Source: Obrimoposthia wandeli
Taxonomy: Eukaryota
NCBI GenBank assembly: GCA_977020255.1
Contig: CDROCS010002027.1
Span: forward strand, 1-64,000
Reading direction: 5' to 3'
DNA length: 64,000 bases
Made by a program: the position numbers and the translations under genes. The notes below the pieces were generated by a model. The model did no database searches. It had not been told where the DNA came from and saw only the letters and a list, made by a program, of their open reading frames with translations. Positions within the stretch are counted from its first letter, which is position 1, and each line of letters starts with the position of its first letter. Below are positions 52,625 through 60,600 of this stretch, piece by piece.

Positions 52625-54577
52625 ATGCTTAAAAATGATCAACCGAAAGCTACTCAAATCCCCCTATCCCCTTCATGGAACGTTGAAGACAGCGAAAAAC
52701 TATACGCTGTAAATCAATGGGGAGCAGGTTATTTTGATATAGCACCGACAGGCGATTTACAAGCTTGTGTGAAGATGCAGGATAAAACGGCTGCAGTCTC
52801 TATTCTCGATATTATTGAAGGTATGAAAGAGCGAGGCATAGAAATGCCTGCCGTACTTCGTATTGAAAACGTGTTAGATCAACGCATCAAAGAGCTAAAC
52901 GAAGCTTTTCGGACGGCAATAGGAAAAGCGCAATACCAAGGAGAGTATCGCGGTGTCTTTCCTATTAAAGTTAATCAACAATGCCATGTTATTGAAGAAA
53001 TCGCAGATTTTGGCCGCCGTTTTAATCATGGCCTTGAAGCAGGTTCTAAAGCTGAATTAATCATCGCGCTTTCTCAACTGCGCGATCACGATAGTCTAAT
53101 CATTTGCAATGGCTATAAAGATGCCGAGTTTGTCGATCTAGGTTTGTATGCACGTGAGCTTGGGATTAAATGCTTCTTTGTACTAGAGACTCCCGCCGAG
53201 CTCCCCATCATTTTAGAACGCAGCAAAGCACTTAATATAAAACCCTTAATTGGCGCACGTATAAAGTCGTCCGTCATTGTAGACGGCTATTGGAATGAAG
53301 ATAGTGGCGATCGCTCTATTTTTGGTCTATCTACAAGTGCTTTACTAGATGTTGTAGAACAGCTAAAACTAACCGACATGCTTGACTGCCTGCAGTTGCT
53401 GCACTGTCACCTAGGCTCACAAATCCCCAATATTAGAAATATTCGCAGTGGAGTTCAAGAAGCCTGTCGCTTTTATACTGGTTTAATCACTGAAGGCGCT
53501 CCAATGGGATACCTTGATTTAGGTGGCGGCCTAGCCGTAGATTATGAAGGCGCGAGTACAAACAGCACCCATAGCATGAATTATCAGTTAGATGAATACT
53601 GTGTCAATATTGTTGAAACGATTACTGAAAGCTTAAATCCGCTTAACATTGCACACCCGACCATCGTCACTGAATCAGGGCGCGCGACGGTAGCTTACTC
53701 TTCATTGCTATTATTCAATGTATTAGATGTTCGCAACCATGATCCAAGACCATTACCTGACGCCCTGAATGCAGACCATCACGAAACGTTGCACAATTTA
53801 TTTGCCGTGGATGGCGCACTAAATCAGCGTAATTTTCAAGAATGCTACAATGATGCTCTTTATTATCGCGATGAAATAAGAGAGTTATTTCGACGAGGAC
53901 AAGTAGCACTGCGCGATCGAGCACTTGCGGATAATATCACCCTCGCTATATTAGCTAAGATTGCTAAAATTTTAAAAACGATAGAGCGCATCCCTCCAGA
54001 GTTAGAAAATTTAAGCGAATTACTTTGCGATATTTATTATGGTAATTTTAGTCTGTTCCAATCTTTACCCGATATCTGGGCGATAGATCAAGTTTTCCCC
54101 GTTATGCCTATTCACCGCTTAAATGAAAAACCCACACGCGAAGCAATCATTGCTGATATCACCTGTGACTGCGATGGTAAAATAGATCGATTTATTTCGC
54201 CGCAAGGGATACGCAACACGCTACCTTTACACGCTTTGAATGAAGATCAAGAATATTACATCGGGGTGTTTTTAGTGGGTGCTTACCAAGAAACGCTCGG
54301 CGATCTACACAATTTATTTGGCGATACTAATGTGGTTAGCGTTAGAATAAATAATGATAACAGTTTTGATTTTGTTAGAGAGTTTCAAGGTGACAGCATT
54401 GCCGATGTACTTAGCTATGTAGAGTATGAGCCAAAGCAAATGCTAGAACAATTTAGACGCAGTGCAGAACTTGCCGTGAAGGAAAAGAGAATTACCACTT
54501 CACAGCGCCAAAGAATGCTAAGTGCTTTCAAAGATAGCCTACAAGGTTATACTTATTTTGAACGCGAGCAGCATTAG
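52625..54577 (+). CDS. speA: Biosynthetic arginine decarboxylase
   Basis: FPIKVNQ PLP lysine, GLEAGSKAEL, CNGYKD, HCHLGSQI, TESGRA, DITCDCDG, GAYQETLGDLHNLFGD. Confidence 0.95.
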   Translation: MLKNDQPKATQIPLSPSWNVEDSEKLYAVNQWGAGYFDIAPTGDLQACVKMQDKTAAVSILDIIEGMKERGIEMPAVLRIENVLDQRIKELNEAFRTAIGKAQYQGEYRGVFPIKVNQQCHVIEEIADFGRRFNHGLEAGSKAELIIALSQLRDHDSLIICNGYKDAEFVDLGLYARELGIKCFFVLETPAELPIILERSKALNIKPLIGARIKSSVIVDGYWNEDSGDRSIFGLSTSALLDVVEQLKLTDMLDCLQLLHCHLGSQIPNIRNIRSGVQEACRFYTGLITEGAPMGYLDLGGGLAVDYEGASTNSTHSMNYQLDEYCVNIVETITESLNPLNIAHPTIVTESGRATVAYSSLLLFNVLDVRNHDPRPLPDALNADHHETLHNLFAVDGALNQRNFQECYNDALYYRDEIRELFRRGQVALRDRALADNITLAILAKIAKILKTIERIPPELENLSELLCDIYYGNFSLFQSLPDIWAIDQVFPVMPIHRLNEKPTREAIIADITCDCDGKIDRFISPQGIRNTLPLHALNEDQEYYIGVFLVGAYQETLGDLHNLFGDTNVVSVRINNDNSFDFVREFQGDSIADVLSYVEYEPKQMLEQFRRSAELAVKEKRITTSQRQRMLSAFKDSLQGYTYFEREQH

Positions 54578-54692
54578 CAAAAAGAATGTATAAAACTATG
54601 GCTCTTTAAACCAGAATCTTAGTTTTAACTCTGAACTTTTAACAACAGCGATTCAACAATTCAGAATCAGCTTAAACGAAAAAGGACAAACT

Positions 54693-55916
54693 ATGTCAAA
54701 AGTAATGATAATCGGCGCGGGCGGCGTCGGCGGCGTAGTGGCACAAAAGTGCGCTCAAGTTGCAGAAATTTTCCAAGATATTATATTAGCGAGCCGCACT
54801 GAATCTAAGTGCATATCAATAGCCGCGCTAGTAAAAGAAAAAACGGGCCGCATTATTCGCACTGCACAAGTTGATGCAGATAACGTACCTGAGCTAGTCG
54901 CACTGTTACAAAAAGAGCAGCCAAAACTGGTTATTAATGTTGCACTGCCTTATCAAGATCTTACGATTATGGATGCTTGTTTAGAAGCAGGTGTTCATTA
55001 TATGGATACTGCTAACTATGAGCCTTTAGATACCGCTAAATTTGAGTATCACTGGCAGTGGGCTTATCAAGAACGTTTTGAAAAAGCAGGCTTAACCGCA
55101 TTACTTGGCAGCGGTTTTGATCCAGGCGCTACTAACGTTTTTACCGCTTACGTAGCCAAACATTACTTTGATGAAATCCATGAACTAGACATCATCGATG
55201 TTAATGGCGGCGATCACGGCTATCCGTTTGCCACTAACTTTAACCCCGAGATAAACATTCGCGAAGTGACCGCTGATTGTCGCCACTGGGAAAACGGTGA
55301 ATTTATTACCACCGATGCAATGTCTAAAAAGGCGAGTTTTACTTGCCCAGAAGATGTCGGTACTTACAATATTTATCGTATGTATCACGAAGAGCTAGAG
55401 TCTTTAACCAAGCATTATCCTAGCATTAAGCGTGCACAATTTTGGATGAGCTTTGGAGATAGCTACTTAAAGCACTTAGAAGTTTTAGGTAATGTCGGCA
55501 TGACCAGCATTGAACCCATTGAGTTTAATGGTCAAAAAATAGTGCCTATTCAGCTTCTAGCGAAAATGCTTCCAGACCCTTCAACCCTTGGACCTCTCAC
55601 TAAAGGGCGCACTTGTATCGGTGTGGTTGTGCGCGGCATAAAAGATGGCAAAGAAAAAGTTGTTTATTGCTACAACACTTGCGATCACCAAACTTGCTAC
55701 CAAGAAGTAGGATCACAAGCGATCTCTTACACAACAGGTGTACCCGCGATGTTAGGCGCCAAACAAATGCTGGAAGGTAACTGGATTAAGCCAGGCGTTT
55801 GGAACATAGAGCAGTTTGATCCTGATGGATTCATGGCTGATATGATGGAACACGGTTTGCCTTGGAAAGTGATTGAACTAGATAATTTTAATTTAGACAA
55901 TAGCTCAACAAATTAG
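54693..55916 (+). CDS. Carboxy(nor)spermidine dehydrogenase (saccharopine dehydrogenase family)
   Basis: IIGAGGVG, NVALPYQDL, MDTANYEP, GSGFDPG, FATNFNPEINIRE, SYTTGVPA; adjacent to nspC. Confidence 0.92.
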   Translation: MSKVMIIGAGGVGGVVAQKCAQVAEIFQDIILASRTESKCISIAALVKEKTGRIIRTAQVDADNVPELVALLQKEQPKLVINVALPYQDLTIMDACLEAGVHYMDTANYEPLDTAKFEYHWQWAYQERFEKAGLTALLGSGFDPGATNVFTAYVAKHYFDEIHELDIIDVNGGDHGYPFATNFNPEINIREVTADCRHWENGEFITTDAMSKKASFTCPEDVGTYNIYRMYHEELESLTKHYPSIKRAQFWMSFGDSYLKHLEVLGNVGMTSIEPIEFNGQKIVPIQLLAKMLPDPSTLGPLTKGRTCIGVVVRGIKDGKEKVVYCYNTCDHQTCYQEVGSQAISYTTGVPAMLGAKQMLEGNWIKPGVWNIEQFDPDGFMADMMEHGLPWKVIELDNFNLDNSSTN

Positions 55917-55938
55917 ACTCAAGCCCACCAAGAAAGCA

Positions 55939-55989
55939 ACAGCGCAACTACAGTAGTAAGCTCTACAATAAGTACTGTAAATGCGCTGT
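55939..55989. repeat. Intercistronic stem-loop
   Basis: ACAGCGCA-ac-TACAGTA-17nt-TACTGTA-aa-TGCGCTGT. Confidence 0.7.
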
Positions 55990-56022
55990 CGTCACTTAAA
56001 AAATACAAAAACGGTTAACCCT

Positions 56023-57213
56023 ATGCAGTTCACTGATTTTTCTCAGCTAGATCTAAAACGCCTACCTTCACCCTGCTTTGTGGTAGATCAAGTAGCAATT
56101 GAGCGCAACTTAGCTATTTTAAAGCATGTTGCTGATCAAAGTGGGGCAAAGGTATTAGCTGCCCTTAAGGCTTTTTCGATGTGGCGCTTGGGAGAATTAA
56201 CCGCGCAGTATTTAGATGGCACTTGCTCCAGCGGCTTACATGAGGCGTTATTGGCTAAAGAAGCATACCAAAGCAATCGCGATCCTGCTGGCAAGAATGA
56301 AGTTCATGTATATAGTGCTGCTTTTGCAAAAGATGACTTAAGCCAGCTATTAACCTTTGCTGATCACATCGTATTTAATAGTTTAAGCCAATGGCAAAAT
56401 TATCAACCGATCATTCAATCTGCTAAAGCTCAGCGCACTCAACTCAAGTTTGGCTTACGCATTAACCCTGAACACTCAGAAGGCGAAGTGGCCATATATG
56501 ACCCTTGTGCAGCAGGTTCTCGTTTAGGTATCCGTATTGCCGATTTAGAAAACCAAGATTTGGGCGGCATTAGTGGCTTACATTTTCATACTTTATGCGA
56601 GCAGGGCTTTGAAGAACTAGATCGAACATTAACCGCTGTTGAGCAAAAATTTGGTCATTTATTAACACAAATGCAGTGGGTAAATTTTGGCGGTGGTCAT
56701 CATATTACCGCACCAAATTACGATATTTCAGCCCTAATTGAGCGCATCAAAACATTTAGTACTAAGTACCAGGTACAAGTTTATTTAGAGCCTGGTGAAG
56801 CGATTGCGATTGGCAGTGGAGTATTAGTAGCAGAGGTTTTAGATATTATTGAAAGCGATGGTAAGCAAGCTATACTCGACACTTCAGCCACATGCCATAT
56901 GCCTGACACGCTAGAAATGCCCTATAGGCCAGATATTATGGATGCGGGCGTCATTGATCGATACCCACACAATTATCGATTAGGGGGCTTAACTTGCCTA
57001 GCAGGTGATGTCATCAATGATTATAGTTTTAGCAAACCATTAGAAATTGGCGACAGGCTAGTCTTTGAAGACATGGCGCACTACACCATGGTTAAAACCA
57101 CTACTTTTAATGGCACTAAACTGCCTGCTATTGCGTTATGGAACTCTATAACTGGTTCCCTGGAAATTGTAAAAGAGTTCGGTTATCAAGACTTCAAACA
57201 ACGATTATCATAA
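56023..57213 (+). CDS. nspC: Carboxy(nor)spermidine decarboxylase; likely start MQFTDF at 56023
   Basis: PSPCFVVD, LAALKAFS, GLRINPE, GLHFHTLCE, NFGGGHHIT, LEPGEA, CHMPD, HYTMVKTTTFNG. Confidence 0.95.
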   Translation: MQFTDFSQLDLKRLPSPCFVVDQVAIERNLAILKHVADQSGAKVLAALKAFSMWRLGELTAQYLDGTCSSGLHEALLAKEAYQSNRDPAGKNEVHVYSAAFAKDDLSQLLTFADHIVFNSLSQWQNYQPIIQSAKAQRTQLKFGLRINPEHSEGEVAIYDPCAAGSRLGIRIADLENQDLGGISGLHFHTLCEQGFEELDRTLTAVEQKFGHLLTQMQWVNFGGGHHITAPNYDISALIERIKTFSTKYQVQVYLEPGEAIAIGSGVLVAEVLDIIESDGKQAILDTSATCHMPDTLEMPYRPDIMDAGVIDRYPHNYRLGGLTCLAGDVINDYSFSKPLEIGDRLVFEDMAHYTMVKTTTFNGTKLPAIALWNSITGSLEIVKEFGYQDFKQRLS

Positions 57214-57245
57214 ACAATGTATAAACCCACTACAACGAGCCTAAA

Positions 57246-58139
57246 ATGACTACAAACTCACAAAACTATCCGATCTTTCTAGGTTCTGAAATAGAGCAAC
57301 CAGAACCTGAACAAGCAACTTTTCATATTTTACCCGTTCCTTATGAAAAAACAGTTTCATATGGTGGCGGTACTGGAAAAGGTCCTTTAGCTATTTTAGA
57401 AGCTTCTTGGCAACTAGAAGAGTGGGATGGCAAGAGTAAACCTTGTGATCAAGGTATATACACCTGCCCTGCCATAGATTGCACAGTAGAGCCTGCACAA
57501 GTAATTGAAAATATAGCCAAGGCGACTACTGCTATTGTGAAAGCAGGAGCGATGCCAATCATTTTTGGTGGCGAGCACACCGTCACTTATGGTGTTGCAA
57601 AAGGGCTTAGAGCAGCAGGTTATGATGATTTTGGCATCGTACAAATTGATGCTCATGCAGATTTACGTGAAGCCTATGAAGGTGATGTATTATCCCATGC
57701 TTCTGTCATGAAGCGCTGCGTCGATTTGGGCATACCACTTTATCAACTAGGCATTCGCGCATTTTGTGAAGAGGAAATGCAAATTCGCCAAGACTGCGGC
57801 GTGTTTTTTCAAGATGCTGATGAATTAGTACCCAACAACATTCAAGAGATCATCTTACCTGAAGACTTTCCACAAAAAGTGTTTTTCACACTCGATATAG
57901 ACGGCATGGATCCGTCAGTGTTCCCCTCCACTGGCACCCCAGTACCAGGTGGTTTAGGCTGGTATCAAACGCTTAACTTATTTGAATCTGTTGCAAAGCA
58001 GCGTGAAATAATCGGTTTTGACATCACAGAGTTTGCGCCTATAGAAGGGTTTCACGCCTATGATTTTGCAGCAGCTGTACTCACTTACAAAATGATGGGC
58101 ATTGTGCAAAGAGCTCAAGCGGAAAAGCAAAACTCTTGA
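57246..58139 (+). CDS. speB: Agmatinase
   Basis: GGEHT, DAHADL, DIDGMDPS..P.TGTP.PGG ureohydrolase motifs; in operon with speA. Confidence 0.92.
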   Translation: MTTNSQNYPIFLGSEIEQPEPEQATFHILPVPYEKTVSYGGGTGKGPLAILEASWQLEEWDGKSKPCDQGIYTCPAIDCTVEPAQVIENIAKATTAIVKAGAMPIIFGGEHTVTYGVAKGLRAAGYDDFGIVQIDAHADLREAYEGDVLSHASVMKRCVDLGIPLYQLGIRAFCEEEMQIRQDCGVFFQDADELVPNNIQEIILPEDFPQKVFFTLDIDGMDPSVFPSTGTPVPGGLGWYQTLNLFESVAKQREIIGFDITEFAPIEGFHAYDFAAAVLTYKMMGIVQRAQAEKQNS

Positions 58140-58196
58140 ATCATGAGTGGTTATAACTAATCTATCTAACTGTGTCTTTACTGGCTTTAACTTTTG

Positions 58197-58624
58197 TTCT
58201 GTGTGGTGAAAATAATACAATATTTTCACCACACAGAAAATCAACAAAAAAACACAAAGATCCCATCTTCACCTCATCGCTTGTTGTATTCTTTCCTCTG
58301 TGTAGCGCAGCGCCTCTGTGCCCTCGGTGGTAGATAAAGCTTTTAAAAGATTGGTTGACCACAGAGGACACCGAGCTCACAGAGAAGTGACTAAAGGCTA
58401 AAGATGCTGGTTTTGTCTGATCTTGTTGTGGTTTTCCTCTGTGTAGCGCAGCGCCTCTGTGATCTCGGTGGTAGATAAAGCTTTTAAAAGATTGTTTGAC
58501 CACAGAGGACACCGAGTTCACCGAGGAATGACTAAGAGCAAAAGACTACATATTTCGGTTTTTTGGTTGTGCTCGATTTTTTTTGGTTCTCTGTGTAGCG
58601 CAGCGACTCTGTGATCTCGGTGGT
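58197..58624. repeat. REP/BIME-like palindromic array: one 18-bp perfect hairpin, three 36-bp A arms and two 27-bp B arms built of 9-bp CTC(T/G)GTGNN modules
   Basis: A arms 58296-58331, 58437-58472, 58589-58624; B arms 58358-58384, 58499-58525; hairpin 58197-58238. Confidence 0.88.
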
Positions 58625-58679
58625 GCAAAAAGATCTTGATCTATTTTAGTTCCACCCCTAACACAAAAATGTAAAATAA

Positions 58680-58728
58680 TTCTAAATTCTAAATTCTAAA
58701 TTCTAAATTCTAAATTCTAAATTCTAAA
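58680..58728. repeat. Perfect heptamer tandem repeat (TTCTAAA)7
   Basis: Seven exact copies; the last overlaps the LysR stop codon. Confidence 0.97.
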
Positions 58729-59677
58729 CCACTGGCACAGGTGCTGTTAAATCTATATCCCCTGCTATCTCTGCTTTGAGCCACTCTAAAAATGCTTTTA
58801 TATGAGGTTCGCCTGCACGCGTTTCTAAGCACAGAGCATAATAAGAGAAACCGACTTTTAGCTTGTGTGCATACGGCATGACTAAACGCCCTGCATCTAA
58901 GTCATTTTGTGCTAAAGCCTGCCGGCCTAACACTATTCCCGCTCCTGCCACAGCAGCATTCAATGCATGATCAGCCACATTGAAATGCAAACCCGTAACT
59001 TTAGGTTTAAACTTTTTAATTCCCATAGAAGCAAACCAATCCTGCCAGCTGGCCATACTAAACTTTTGATCTATATGAGTATCATCATAAATAAGTGTTT
59101 CATTGAGTAAATCTGCAACACTTAGCGGTTGTTTTTTAGCTAAAAACGATGGGCTACACATAGGTACAATGTAATCATCAAACAACTTGTCGCTCAAACA
59201 ATCTGCATAGACGCCTTCACCAAAACGTACTGCTACATCTACATCATCTATTTTCAAATTACTCAGCGTTAAAGATGCAGAAACACGCGCATCAATATGC
59301 GGATGTTGCGCAATAAAACGATATAACCTAGGCGCCAACCACTTTGCCGTAAAAGCAGGGCCTGCTGAAATAACTAATACATCGCCACTGCGCTTTTGTT
59401 GCAACAATTGCATCGTTTGCGATAGCTGCTCAAACGCTTGGCCTATACCTGGATAAATTAACTTACCGTGTGCTGTAAGTTCAATTGAGCGACTAAGGCG
59501 ATCAAATAATTTTATACCTAAAAAGGTTTCAAGCTGCTTTATTTGATAACTTAATGCAGCGGGTGTCACAAACAATTCAGTAGCTGCTTGAGTAAAACTC
59601 ATGTGGCGAACAACAGCATCAAAGGCTTTTAAAGAATTTAATGGTGGTAATCGTGCTGTACTCATAACTAAATCCAC
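58724..59677 (-). CDS. LysR-family regulator, GcvA-like
   Basis: RLPPLNSLKAFDAVVRHMSFTQAATELFVTPAALSYQIKQLE HTH; KWLAPRL; DVAVRFG. Confidence 0.93.
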   Translation of the reverse strand: MDLVMSTARLPPLNSLKAFDAVVRHMSFTQAATELFVTPAALSYQIKQLETFLGIKLFDRLSRSIELTAHGKLIYPGIGQAFEQLSQTMQLLQQKRSGDVLVISAGPAFTAKWLAPRLYRFIAQHPHIDARVSASLTLSNLKIDDVDVAVRFGEGVYADCLSDKLFDDYIVPMCSPSFLAKKQPLSVADLLNETLIYDDTHIDQKFSMASWQDWFASMGIKKFKPKVTGLHFNVADHALNAAVAGAGIVLGRQALAQNDLDAGRLVMPYAHKLKVGFSYYALCLETRAGEPHIKAFLEWLKAEIAGDIDLTAPVPVV

Positions 59678-59699
59678 TTTTCAAATTATTCATCTAAAC

Positions 59700-59734
59700 A
59701 TGCTCTGAGTTAAAATTAATTTAACTCAGAGCAT
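59700..59734. promoter_or_regulatory. Perfect 15-bp inverted repeat in the divergent LysR/small-ORF promoter
   Basis: ATGCTCTGAGTTAAA-attaa-TTTAACTCAGAGCAT. Confidence 0.65.
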
Positions 59735-59852
59735 AGAATAACTCGTTTGTATCACTTCGGTCAATTCACTATCATTTATGCATAAAGTCCATTTAGAGAT
59801 TTTATTACTAAGCAATCCGGTTTTAAAACCTTTTATCAAAAGTGAGATTATT

Positions 59853-60005
59853 ATGAATTATCAAAATATAACCGATAGCAAAAATTTTAAGCAATGCAGT
59901 AAATTAAATTTCAAAGCAATTGAACAACAGCAACAACAAGCTCACGTTGCACGTTCTTTATTTGTTCACTCGATCTTAAAAAAGTTAAAATTGCGCTTAA
60001 TGTAA
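59853..60005 (+). CDS. Small basic protein (50 aa from MNYQNIT), divergent from LysR
   Basis: GAG RBS before ATG 59853; AIEQQ...AHVARSLF helix followed by a basic amphipathic end. Confidence 0.5.
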   Translation: MNYQNITDSKNFKQCSKLNFKAIEQQQQQAHVARSLFVHSILKKLKLRLM

Positions 60006-60069
60006 AAAGTCATACATAGTTATGTGCTTTAGCCGCTACGCTCAACGATATTTTTATATACTGACTCAT

Positions 60070-60210
60070 TAGTGTCCGGTTCAACTTTTGTTGTTCTTTA
60101 ACTCATTGATTTTACGTTAACCACAAGGGTTTTTTGGCTAAAAAACCCAATTATCTATGCTAGAAAACCACAAATCAATGAGTAAAGAGCTTACACTTTT
60201 AAACCGGACA
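60070..60210. mobile_element. Second MITE-like, nested inverted-repeat element (about 140 bp)
   Basis: TGTCCGGTT(60073-81)/AACCGGACA(60202-10); ACTCATTGATTT(60101-12)/AAATCAATGAGT(60172-83); GGGTTTTTT-ggct-AAAAAACCC(60127-48). Confidence 0.55.
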
Positions 60211-60267
60211 GCAATGATTCTTACTATAAAGTACATGATTCTTCCAGTGATCTGCTTTACTCGAAAA

Positions 60268-60594
60268 TTAGGTATTACTCTCTCCACCTTCTGGGCCGTA
60301 AAAGATCACCCACGTTGAAAAATCTTCAGTGAACTCCTCAAACCTATGCACTGTGCCTGCTGGCACGAACAATACTTCACCTTGTTCAAAAGTCTCTCTG
60401 CTGTCCCCATTCACGAAAAACCCTGAACCTGAGGCTATAACATACACTTCATCCCGGCTATGAGGTTGTTGAGAATCAATTCCTTGCGGTTTATAAATCT
60501 CTATATCTAGCGACCCGTGCTTAAAAAGCTCTTTAAAAGGCGCAACTCCGCCTTCTAAAGATTGCAGAGCATTTGAAATTGTTAATTTTTGCAT
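60268..60594 (-). CDS. Cupin domain protein
   Basis: HGSL.IE.Y.P...D.QQPHSRDEVY.I.SG.G; FVPAGTVHRFE. Confidence 0.9.
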   Translation of the reverse strand: MQKLTISNALQSLEGGVAPFKELFKHGSLDIEIYKPQGIDSQQPHSRDEVYVIASGSGFFVNGDSRETFEQGEVLFVPAGTVHRFEEFTEDFSTWVIFYGPEGGESNT

Positions 60595-60600
60595 CGTTTC

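Noticed and set aside
58197-58238. Intrinsic terminator for speB
   Set aside because: Perfect stem but followed by A-rich sequence on both strands; treated as part of the repeat family
58162-58521. 119-aa ORF with repeated HRGAALHRG
   Set aside because: Translation shadow of the DNA repeat array
58296-58624. CRISPR array (36-bp repeats)
   Set aside because: Intervals of 105-116 bp are too long and are largely conserved between units; no cas genes or leader
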